Source of the DNA: Candidatus Krumholzibacteriia bacterium
GTDB lineage: Bacteria; Krumholzibacteriota; Krumholzibacteriia; LZORAL124-64-63
Assembly (NCBI GenBank): GCA_046484865.1
Contig: JAWOID010000064.1
Location: forward strand, 1-10,780
Direction: 5' to 3'
Length of the DNA stretch: 10,780 bases
The position numbers and the translations under genes were made by a program. Under the pieces are notes generated by a model. It was not told where the DNA came from. It searched no databases and saw nothing but the letters and a program-made list of their open reading frames with translations. This document shows positions 1 to 7,466 of this stretch, piece after piece; within the stretch, counting starts at the first letter, position 1, and each line of letters opens with the position of its first letter.

Positions 1-378
1 GAGGCGATCCATGACCTGGAGACGGGATTAGATGACCGCTCGGCTAACCTGGCCCTGTCGCTTTATACCAGGCGCAGCGGTGTTTTCCGCCTCAGCTTCA
101 ACGCCATCAACGAAGCATGGGCCGGCCGGCTGTTTGCCCGTCAGCTTTGGGCCGGCAACGGCCGGCTGCAAGTCTGCAAATGGCTGTTCGCCTACGCTTC
201 CCTGCAGTTGGGCGAGAAAATATATTATGACCCGCAAGACCCGTTCCTCGGGTCCGGCTCCCAGTTCCAGCTGGCGGCTTCGCTGCAACCGAGTGTCCGC
301 CTGAACCTGAACCTGGAGTATATCCGCGACGTGCTGTCACGCCGTATCGACGGCCGGTCCGAACCGGTCTATACCGTC
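1..378 (+). CDS. Fragment of an outer-membrane beta-barrel-like protein (resembles the C-terminal region of DUF5916-type proteins); open at the window edge and broken off at ~378
   Basis: Frame 1 is open from base 1 and reads EAIHDLETGLDDRSANLALSLYTRRSGVFRLSFNAINEAWAGRLFARQLWAGNGRLQVCKWLFAYASLQLGEKIYYDPQDPFLGSGSQFQLAASLQPSVRLNLNLEYIRDVLSRRIDGRSEPVYTV. It has alternating hydrophobic/polar strands and many aromatic residues. After 378 the frame degenerates into Arg/Pro-rich shadow sequence. The family assignment is from recall, not from a search. Confidence 0.55.
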
Positions 379-2014
379 CTATCCCGCCTACACCGCGTCC
401 GTCGCCATCGACGCCTTCCTGGACCACCGGCGCTGGACCGGCGATCCCGAGTTGCTCGCACGCGCCCGGCAGTTCGCCGACTGGGTCCTGGAACATCGCA
501 CTCCGCCCGACGACCTCTGGGGCAACCTGCCGTACAGCACCCAGACCGAAGGGGTGATGGGCGGCGGGTGGGACGGACCGGCCATCATGTCCGACAAGCC
601 CGCGATGTTCGCCCTGCGCCTCCTGCGCCTGCACGACATCACCGGCGAACCGCGCTACCTGCAAGGCGCGCTCGAGATCGCGGACGTGCTGGCGTCCAAC
701 CAGCTGCAGGGTGGGCCCGAGGACGCAGGCCGGTGGCCCTTTCGCGTGGTGCCGGCCACGGGCGAGGTGACGCAGGACTACACCAGCCACCTGCAGCCGG
801 CGGTGCGTCTGTTCGACGCCCTGGCCGAGCGCACCGGCGATGCCGCCCATGCCGCCGTGCGCGATGCCGCCTGGGCGTGGCTCCTGCAGAATCCCTGCAA
901 TCCCGCGTCGGCCAGCCATCAGCGCTGGGAGGCATTCTACGAGGATCAGTCGCCCGAGATGCAGACGGGTTTGCGCGACCACTATTCGGCCCACGAGATG
1001 ATCGTGGAACTGGTGCGGAGGCGTCCGGCGGGCTGGCCGGAGCTGGCGGTCACCATCCTCGACACCACCGACGTGCGCTACCTCGCGGCCGGTGCCGGCA
1101 GCCTCTACGCTCCGTACGAGCCGGTGACGCTCGAATGGGAGGGCTGGCCCGAAGCCACCTACGCGGCCACCCTGCAGTACGCGCGCACCTCACTGCTGCT
1201 CCACCGGGCCCTCGAGGGGCACCCCTTGCAGCGGGAGACCTGGCGGGAGCGCGCGCTGGCCATGGTGTCGGTGGCCACCCACGGGCAGAACGACCGTGAC
1301 GGCGCCGCCGACGGCCGCATGTTCACCACGGTGCGCGACCTGCTCCATCCGTTCAACATCGACTCCTGGTACGAGCAGAACTTCAACACCGTGAAGTACG
1401 TCCTCGAGATCATGGCGCTGGTGCCGGAACTCGCGCCCGCCGGCGAGACCCACCTGCTCGCCGCCGACCGGGCGCTGACCGCGATCGAGTACGGCACCGG
1501 CGGCTGGGCGGTGAGCTACGCGACCGCCGGCGGATCAGGCGAGGAACTGCTGAAGCTGGCCGGCGCCCCGGCCGTGGTGCGCGCCGGCGGCGCTCCGCTG
1601 TCCGCCCTGCCCTCGCCCGGGACGCCGGGCCCGGGCTGGTGGTTCGACGCGGCCGGACAGCTCCTGCGCGTGCGGCACGACGCCTCGCCGGTGGAGATCC
1701 GCCTGGCCGCCACCGACGCGGGTCCGGAAGACGTCCGCTCCGCCGACTTCGCGCTGATGGTGGCTGGCGGCGGCGAGACCGTGCGCATCGCGTTCTCGCT
1801 GCCGCGCACCATGGCGATCGGGCTGACGGTGCACGACCTGCGCGGGCGCCGGGTGCAATCGCTGCTGTCCGGCGCAGCGCTCGCCGCCGGGCGCCACGAG
1901 GTGCGCTGGGACGGCACCGACGGCTCCGGGCGACAGGTGGCGGCCGGTGTCTACCTCCTGCGACTGTCAGCGGCCGGCGGCGCCGTGACCGGGCGGGTCG
2001 TGCTGGTCCGATAA
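377..2014 (+). CDS. 5'-truncated secreted protein: (alpha/alpha)-barrel-like catalytic-type domain, a beta-rich domain and a C-terminal FlgD-Ig / sorting-type domain
   Basis: Protein-like, high-GC3 codons in frame 2 begin at ~377 (SYPAYTASVAIDAFLDHRRWTGDPELLARARQFADW), upstream of the listed TTG at 452. Helical-hairpin motifs recur (WTGDPELLARA, ITGEPRYLQGA, RTGDAAHAAVRDAAWAWL). The C-terminus VHDLRGRRVQSLL...GRHEVRWDGTDGSGRQVAAGVYLLRL...GRVVLVR is a typical FlgD-Ig tail. No start codon with RBS and no signal peptide is present. Confidence 0.8.
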   Translation, partial: SYPAYTASVAIDAFLDHRRWTGDPELLARARQFADWVLEHRTPPDDLWGNLPYSTQTEGVMGGGWDGPAIMSDKPAMFALRLLRLHDITGEPRYLQGALEIADVLASNQLQGGPEDAGRWPFRVVPATGEVTQDYTSHLQPAVRLFDALAERTGDAAHAAVRDAAWAWLLQNPCNPASASHQRWEAFYEDQSPEMQTGLRDHYSAHEMIVELVRRRPAGWPELAVTILDTTDVRYLAAGAGSLYAPYEPVTLEWEGWPEATYAATLQYARTSLLLHRALEGHPLQRETWRERALAMVSVATHGQNDRDGAADGRMFTTVRDLLHPFNIDSWYEQNFNTVKYVLEIMALVPELAPAGETHLLAADRALTAIEYGTGGWAVSYATAGGSGEELLKLAGAPAVVRAGGAPLSALPSPGTPGPGWWFDAAGQLLRVRHDASPVEIRLAATDAGPEDVRSADFALMVAGGGETVRIAFSLPRTMAIGLTVHDLRGRRVQSLLSGAALAAGRHEVRWDGTDGSGRQVAAGVYLLRLSAAGGAVTGRVVLVR

Positions 2015-2163
2015 GCCCGGATCGGCCAGGAGCGACGCCCGGGCGGCCGGCGGCAGCAGGTTGCCGATTCGCGTCCCGACCGTCTTCTTGTGGCCCGGAC
2101 CGACCGCGGGCGGCCGGCTGCGCCCTTTCGCCGGCCCTGTTCCCCAGCCTGGAAAGGCGAACC

Positions 2164-3639
2164 ATGACCACTCCCATCGACCCGACCGAGAGCCCGAGCG
2201 ACGGTCCGGTGAGCACGATCAGCGTGGCCCACGGCGACGGCATCGGCCCGGAGATCATGGATGCCACCCTGCGCATCCTGGACGCGGCTGGAGCCCGCCT
2301 CGAGTACGAGACCGTGGAGATCGGCAAGCAGGCCTACGCGCAGGGGCACACCTCCGGGATCGCACCCGCGGCCTGGGAGGTGATCCGGCGCAACCGCGTC
2401 CTGCTGAAGGCTCCGATCACCACTCCGCTCGGCGGGGGCTACAAGAGCCTCAACGTGACCCTGCGCAAGTCGCTGCGCCTGTTCGCCAACGTGCGTCCGT
2501 GCCGGTCGTTCCACCCGTACGTGGCCACCAATTTCCCGAAGATCGACCTGGTGATCATCCGCGAGAACGAGGAGGACCTCTACGCCGGCATCGAGCACCA
2601 GCAGACCGCCGAGGTCGTGCAGTCGCTGAAGCTGGTCAGCAAGCCGGGCAGCGAGGCGATCTGCCGCTACGCGCTCGAGTACGCCCGCGCGTATGGCCGC
2701 AAGAAGGTGACCTGTCTGACCAAGAGCAACATCATGAAGCTCTCGGACGGGCTGTTCCAGCGCACCTTCCAGCGCCTGGCCGAGGAATACCCCGACCTGG
2801 TGACCGAGCACCGCATCATCGACATCGGCGCCGCGCTGGTGGCCGCCCACCCGGAGGACCTCGACGTCATCGTCACGCTGAACCTGTATGGCGACATCGT
2901 GTCCGACATCGCCGCGCTGGTGGCCGGGTCGGTGGGGCTGGCCGGTTCCGCCAACGTGGGTGTGGACGCCGCCATGTTCGAGGCGGTGCACGGTTCGGCG
3001 CCCGACATCGCCGGCCAGGACCTCGCCAACCCGTCTGGTCTCCTGCGCGGTGCGATCATGATGCTGGTGCACCTGGACCAGGGCGACGTGGCGCAGTCGG
3101 TGGCGAACGCGTGGCGCTGCACGCTGCAGGACGGCATCCACACCGCCGACATCTACCGCGAGGGCACCAGCCGCACGCGCGTGGGGACGCGGGCTTTCGC
3201 CGATGCGGTCATCGAGCGACTCGGCCAGGTGCCGCGGAACGCCGAGGTGCATTACAGCACGCGCGGCATTCGCATCGAGCTGCCCGTGCTGCCGCGCCCG
3301 GACAAGAAACTGGTGGGGATCGACGTCTTCATCGACTGGGACGAGGCCAACCGGCACCCGAACGTGATCGGGAACCGACTGCGCCTGTGCGACGGCGACG
3401 GGCTCGTCCTCAAGCTGATCACCAACCGCGGCGTGAAGGTCTATCCCGCCGGCATGCCGGAGGTCTTCTGCACCGACCACTGGCGCTGCCGCTTCATGGC
3501 CACCGAGGGGACCTGCACCCACAGCCAGATCTCGAGCCTGATGCTGCGCATCGCCAACGCCGGGTTCGACTTCATCAAGACCGAGCATCTCTACGAGTTC
3601 GACGGCGAGCGGGCGTACTCGCTGGCGCAGGGCGAGTGA
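2164..3639 (+). CDS. icd: Isocitrate dehydrogenase, long form with C-terminal extension (PRK09222/TIGR02924-like), 491 aa
   Basis: Motifs GDGIGPEI, LKAPITTPLGGGYKSLNVTLRK, IRENEEDLYAGIEH, KSNIMKLSDGLF, NLYGDIVSD and FEAVHGSAPDIAG. The C-terminal extension reads LVGIDVFIDW...ITNRGVKVYP...CTDHWRCRF...KTEHLYEFDG...YSLAQGE. ATG at 2164 follows GGAAAGG. Confidence 0.95.
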   Translation: MTTPIDPTESPSDGPVSTISVAHGDGIGPEIMDATLRILDAAGARLEYETVEIGKQAYAQGHTSGIAPAAWEVIRRNRVLLKAPITTPLGGGYKSLNVTLRKSLRLFANVRPCRSFHPYVATNFPKIDLVIIRENEEDLYAGIEHQQTAEVVQSLKLVSKPGSEAICRYALEYARAYGRKKVTCLTKSNIMKLSDGLFQRTFQRLAEEYPDLVTEHRIIDIGAALVAAHPEDLDVIVTLNLYGDIVSDIAALVAGSVGLAGSANVGVDAAMFEAVHGSAPDIAGQDLANPSGLLRGAIMMLVHLDQGDVAQSVANAWRCTLQDGIHTADIYREGTSRTRVGTRAFADAVIERLGQVPRNAEVHYSTRGIRIELPVLPRPDKKLVGIDVFIDWDEANRHPNVIGNRLRLCDGDGLVLKLITNRGVKVYPAGMPEVFCTDHWRCRFMATEGTCTHSQISSLMLRIANAGFDFIKTEHLYEFDGERAYSLAQGE

Positions 3640-3705
3640 GAATGCAATGTCCCACCTCGCATCCGACCGGCGCCGTCCGCGGCCATGGTCGGAGAGGAGC
3701 ACGAC

Positions 3706-4461
3706 GTGACCACGCAAGACGTGAAATTCCCCGGCCTGCAGGGCGACGCCCTGGCGGCGCGCCTCGACCGGCCCGACGGGCCGGTGCGCGGCACGGTGCT
3801 CTTCGCCCACTGCTTCACGTGCGGCAAGGACCTGCCGGCCATCGCCCGCGTCTCGCGCGCGCTCACCGGCCGCGGACTGGCGGTCCTGCGCGTGGACTTC
3901 ACCGGAATCGGCGACAGCGAGGGCGACTTCGCCGGCACCAGCTTCTCGACCAACGTGGGCGACCTGCTGGCCGCGGCGGAGTTCCTGCGCCGGCGTGAAC
4001 AGTCCCCCGTGCTCATGGTGGGGCACAGCCTCGGCGGCGCGGCGGTGCTGGTGGCTGCCGCGCGGGTGCCCGAGTGCCGGACGGTGGCCACTCTCGCCGC
4101 GCCCAGCGAGCCGGCAAGCCTCGTGCGCCTGCTGGTGGGCTCGGAGGAGGAACTCGAGCGCGAGGGTTCCGTGGAGATCGCGATCGGCGGACGCCCGTTC
4201 CGCGTGGGGAAGCAGTTCTTCGACGACATCCGCCGGCAGAACCTGATCGAGCGCCTGCCCGAACTGGGCAAGCCGCTGTTGATCATGCACGGCCCCGAGG
4301 ACCGGGTGGTGCCCGTGGCGAGCGCGCACGCCCTGTTCGAGGCCGCCCGGCACCCGAAGAGCCTGGTGGCCCTGCCCGGGGCGGACCACCTCCTGAAACG
4401 ACAGGAGGACGCGCAGTACGCCGCCGACCTCATCGCCACCTGGGCGGACCGCTACCTCTGA
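3706..4461 (+). CDS. Alpha/beta-fold hydrolase similar to the N-terminal domain of bifunctional hydrolase/OsmC proteins, here without the OsmC domain
   Basis: LFAHCFTCGKD, DFTGIGDSEGDF, nucleophile elbow GHSLGG, acid motif HGPEDRVV and His motif GADHLL. GTG at 3706 sits 6 nt after GAGGAG and is preferred over ATG 3685. Confidence 0.9.
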   Translation: MTTQDVKFPGLQGDALAARLDRPDGPVRGTVLFAHCFTCGKDLPAIARVSRALTGRGLAVLRVDFTGIGDSEGDFAGTSFSTNVGDLLAAAEFLRRREQSPVLMVGHSLGGAAVLVAAARVPECRTVATLAAPSEPASLVRLLVGSEEELEREGSVEIAIGGRPFRVGKQFFDDIRRQNLIERLPELGKPLLIMHGPEDRVVPVASAHALFEAARHPKSLVALPGADHLLKRQEDAQYAADLIATWADRYL

Positions 4462-4503
4462 ACGGTGGCCGGGATGCGGCGGGACCTCAGAGGTGGTGGG
4501 ACC

Positions 4504-5442
4504 TCAGTCGGGCAGGCCCCGCCAGGCCCGCTGTTCCGAGCCGGCCGGAGCGTGCAGCAACTTCCGGCTGTAGCGACTGATGGCCTGGGCCTGGGCACTG
4601 CCGTGCGGGCGGGCCTCGTCCTCGGCGAAGGCGAACTCGCCATAGATGCGCCGGCCGGTCCGCCCCTGGGAGATCCCCACTCCCATCAGGTACCTGCCGA
4701 CGCGGGCCACCGCGAAGCCGTTCATCCAGGCGTCGTCCAGCAGGCGGCCCAGCAACTGGTCCAGCCAGGCGTCGATGTCCATCACCATGTGACCGGCGTC
4801 CACGCGCAAGACGGTGAGCCCCCTGACGGGAAAGCGACGCGTCTCGCCACCGTCGGTCACGCTCATCTCCAGTTCCCCGAGGTACCACTCGCTCATCACG
4901 AGGGTGGCGGAGACCAGCAGCTGGCCGGGATGATAGCCGAGGACGCTGTAGGGGATCGGGGCGCGGATGGGGCCGTCGAAGACCACGCGCCAGATCCGCT
5001 CCACCCGCTCGCCGTCGCGTTCCTCGCGTTCCGCCGGCAGCGCCCGCCGGCGCTCCAGGCTGATGAGCCGCCCCAGCGGCAGCCGCGACGGTCTTCCCTG
5101 CGCGTCGAACCGGGAGCGCAGTTCCTCGCCCGTCCAGAGGCCGAGGGAATCGCGATCGACCAGCCTCAGCACGAAGTCGAAGAGCGGCTCGGGCAGGGGC
5201 AATTCTCCACGCAGGAGACCGCGTGCACACAGCGGTCCGGCGCCCCGCGGCGGCGGGGTCGCGACGGACGGTGACTTCGCCGGCGGTGACGCGACGGGCG
5301 GTGACGCGATGGTCGGCGCCACGACGGACAGTGGGGCCGCCCGCGAAGCAGACGGCGACGGCGGCGCCGCGTGAAGCGGCGCCGCCGTCAGGAGAAGGGC
5401 AGCGAGCGCCCAGCAGGAGCACAGCGGGTGTCCCCGGTTCAC
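4504..5442 (-). CDS. Hypothetical exported protein with signal peptide, Pro/Ser/Ala-rich linker and an unassigned globular domain
   Basis: GTG start with GAGGAG upstream, overlapping the stop of the foldase gene. N-terminal hydrophobic stretch WALAALLLTAAPLHA with a signal-peptidase-like site. The rest has normal protein composition and high GC3. Confidence 0.75.
   Translation of the reverse strand: MNRGHPLCSCWALAALLLTAAPLHAAPPSPSASRAAPLSVVAPTIASPPVASPPAKSPSVATPPPRGAGPLCARGLLRGELPLPEPLFDFVLRLVDRDSLGLWTGEELRSRFDAQGRPSRLPLGRLISLERRRALPAEREERDGERVERIWRVVFDGPIRAPIPYSVLGYHPGQLLVSATLVMSEWYLGELEMSVTDGGETRRFPVRGLTVLRVDAGHMVMDIDAWLDQLLGRLLDDAWMNGFAVARVGRYLMGVGISQGRTGRRIYGEFAFAEDEARPHGSAQAQAISRYSRKLLHAPAGSEQRAWRGLPD
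5251..5310 (-). repeat. Degenerate 15-bp tandem repeat encoding the Pro-rich linker (IASPP-VASPP-AKSPS-VATPP)
   Basis: GGCGGTGACGCGA occurs at 5282-5294 and 5297-5309, with related units continuing to the left at the same 15-bp period. Confidence 0.65.
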
Positions 5443-5456
5443 CGGATCCGCACTCC

Positions 5457-7298
5457 TCAGATGACCGCGTCGCCCGCGCCGTCAGGCTTGACGAGTTCCT
5501 CCCGGGACGGAAGATCCGCCAGGCGGTCCTCGTGCACCGTGACACCCACCTCGTCACGCCATTTCTGCAGCAGGTCCTGCAAAGCACGCTCGCGGCGCTG
5601 GTTGACCACCCGTGTGCCGATCGCCTCGCGGGCAGCGTCCAGCTCCAGCGGGCGCGATGGCCGGATCTCCTCGCAGCCGACGACCCACCAGATGCCCTGG
5701 CGTTCCACCGGCGGGGCGACCTCCTCCGGCGCCAGTGCGAAGAGGACCTCGCGCAAAGGATTGTCCGACGTCTCGAGCAGCGGCCCCAGCTGTCCGTCGG
5801 CCTGGATCTCGGGGCGCCTGACGTTGCCGTTGTCGGCTGCAACGTCCCGCCAGGGGCGGCCGCCGACCAGCTCTTCGTAGGCGCGGCGCGCCGTCTGCTC
5901 ATCCCGATACGGCACCGCGTAACCCGTCCGGACCTCCGCCGTGACCAGTTCGTCCTGGTGTGCGGCCCAGTAGGCGTCGACGTCCTCCTCGCTCACCCTC
6001 TCCGAGACGCTCACGAGCTCGCGCTGCAGCTTCTTCACCATCATGTCGTCCACGATCCACCTGGTCCGGTGGATGGTGCGCGGATCATCCAGGTAGCCGC
6101 GCAGACGCGCCTCGTCGAGCAGCAGGCTCTTGTCGACACCCTGCAGGACCCACCGGCGCAGCTTGCCGAACGTGGTCTTCTCGGCGGTCGGCTGGCCGTC
6201 GCGCGCGGCGCCATCGTACAGCGCCTTGAGGTCGCCCACGGTCACCAACCGTACCGCATCATCGAAGCGGTAGGTGATCAGGGTGTCCGCCAGCATGGTG
6301 GCGGGCACCTCGAGCTCACGCGCCCGGGGCACGCCGTCGCGGTCCGCGCCGTCGCCGTCGTCCTCCCGCGGCAGGTGGGCGTGGACCAGCAGCAGCTTCT
6401 GCTCGTCCACCTTCAGCTCGTGATCCCTGCGGATCTGCTCCAGGACGTCATGCTGGCCCAGGTCCGTCTTCTGCTTGCGCACGCTGTCGAGCACCTGCAG
6501 ACGGATCTGGTCCAGCGGCGGCCGTTCCGTCTGATTCTCGGCGAGCAGCTTCACGAGCCAGTAGCCGTAGACGGTCTCCACGGGTTCGGAGATCTGCTCG
6601 GGCTTTAGGGAGAAGATGACGCGCTCGAACGGGTCCTCCATGCGGCCCCACTGCACCGTGATCTCGTTCTTGCGCTGGGGCGTATGGTCGGACGTGCGGA
6701 ACTGATCGGCGACGTCGTCCCACGGTTCGCCCGCGAGCAGATGCTGTCGCGCCATCTCGGCGTCGCTCCTGAGGTCGCAGATCATGTACTTCAATCGCCG
6801 CGCCTTGCCGACGTTCGCGTAGTAGGCGTCAGCCTCGGCATTGGAGACGAAGTCGGCCGGTCCGGTCACGAGATCCTCGCGCATGATCTCGACGGCGTGA
6901 TAGCTCCGCAGGTAATCGCCGGCCCCCGCGATCTCGGAGTCGCGGTCGTAGCCGAGCCGACTCGCCTTCTGCACCTGCACCTCGCGATTCACCAGGCTCT
7001 CCAGGAAGGCCTGCTTGCCCGCGACCGTGCCCGTGTCGATCCGACGTCCGAATTCGTCGGCGGGCAACTCGTTCTCGGGGGTGCTCTGGAGTGCAAGGCC
7101 GTAGTCCTGCGCGGTGATGGTCCTTTCACCGACCTGGGCCACGACGAAGTCTTCCGAGCTCTTATCCTTGTCGCCGCAACCGGCGATCAGCAAGGCCGCC
7201 AGGAGCAGACCAGCGGCGAGCAGAGCGGCCGGACCACGGCCGACGCTCCACGGGCGCGTGGTGGGCGCAGCGTGCCGGGACAGGGGACGGCGTGACAT
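5457..7298 (-). CDS. PrsA/SurA-like foldase (parvulin-type PPIase family) lipoprotein with two tandem modules, 613 aa
   Basis: ATG 7298 follows GAGGAGG. A hydrophobic stretch ends in the lipobox LIAG-C. SurA_N-like VVAQVGERTIT and FLESLVNREV are present, along with two parvulin-like segments (GRMEDPFERVIFSLKPEQISEPVETVYGYWLVK and EVLFALAPEEVAPPVERQGIWWVV). Confidence 0.85.
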   Translation of the reverse strand: MSRRPLSRHAAPTTRPWSVGRGPAALLAAGLLLAALLIAGCGDKDKSSEDFVVAQVGERTITAQDYGLALQSTPENELPADEFGRRIDTGTVAGKQAFLESLVNREVQVQKASRLGYDRDSEIAGAGDYLRSYHAVEIMREDLVTGPADFVSNAEADAYYANVGKARRLKYMICDLRSDAEMARQHLLAGEPWDDVADQFRTSDHTPQRKNEITVQWGRMEDPFERVIFSLKPEQISEPVETVYGYWLVKLLAENQTERPPLDQIRLQVLDSVRKQKTDLGQHDVLEQIRRDHELKVDEQKLLLVHAHLPREDDGDGADRDGVPRARELEVPATMLADTLITYRFDDAVRLVTVGDLKALYDGAARDGQPTAEKTTFGKLRRWVLQGVDKSLLLDEARLRGYLDDPRTIHRTRWIVDDMMVKKLQRELVSVSERVSEEDVDAYWAAHQDELVTAEVRTGYAVPYRDEQTARRAYEELVGGRPWRDVAADNGNVRRPEIQADGQLGPLLETSDNPLREVLFALAPEEVAPPVERQGIWWVVGCEEIRPSRPLELDAAREAIGTRVVNQRRERALQDLLQKWRDEVGVTVHEDRLADLPSREELVKPDGAGDAVI

Positions 7299-7330
7299 CG
7301 TTCCTCCTCGGGTGCGAGGTCGCGGAAGAA

Positions 7331-7346
7331 GCGCGGGATCCCGCGC
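7331..7346. repeat. Perfect 16-bp palindrome at the predicted transcription start
   Basis: GCGCGGGATCCCGCGC is its own reverse complement. Confidence 0.7.
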
Positions 7347-7353
7347 GATCTCG

Positions 7354-7382
7354 AATCTACCGGAACACCCGCCAGATGACAA
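7354..7382 (-). promoter_or_regulatory. Putative sigma70 promoter of the foldase operon
   Basis: The minus strand reads TTGTCA (7382-7377), a 17-bp spacer, then TAGATT (7359-7354), about 55 nt upstream of the ATG at 7298. Confidence 0.65.
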
Positions 7383-7466
7383 GATTCCCGTTCTGTGCGG
7401 ACTACCGAAGATCGGCGCCGCCGCGCCGCCGCGCAAGCGCCGCGGCTCGGTCGCCCGGAACCGAGG

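Noticed and set aside
208..1299. 363-aa ORF as a real gene
   Set aside because: Only the part up to ~378 is protein-like. The remainder is an Arg/Pro-rich shadow of the frame-2 gene.
1639..2163. N-terminal extension of icd (666-aa ORF)
   Set aside because: Low-complexity Arg/Ala/Pro sequence overlapping the upstream gene. Family similarity and the RBS point to ATG 2164.
2015..2163. Possible regulatory RNA in the icd leader (e.g. GCCT-GGAA-AGGC mini-hairpin over the RBS)
   Set aside because: The stems are short and expected by chance at this GC. I cannot match them to a known motif.
1951..4389. 812-aa antisense ORF and 645-aa alternate-frame ORF over icd and the hydrolase
   Set aside because: These are the stop-poor shadow frames expected at ~70% GC with strong GC3 bias, and they contain no recognisable motifs.
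5223..6608. 461-aa plus-strand ORF and other ORFs antisense to the foldase
   Set aside because: They are antisense mirrors of a well-supported minus-strand gene.
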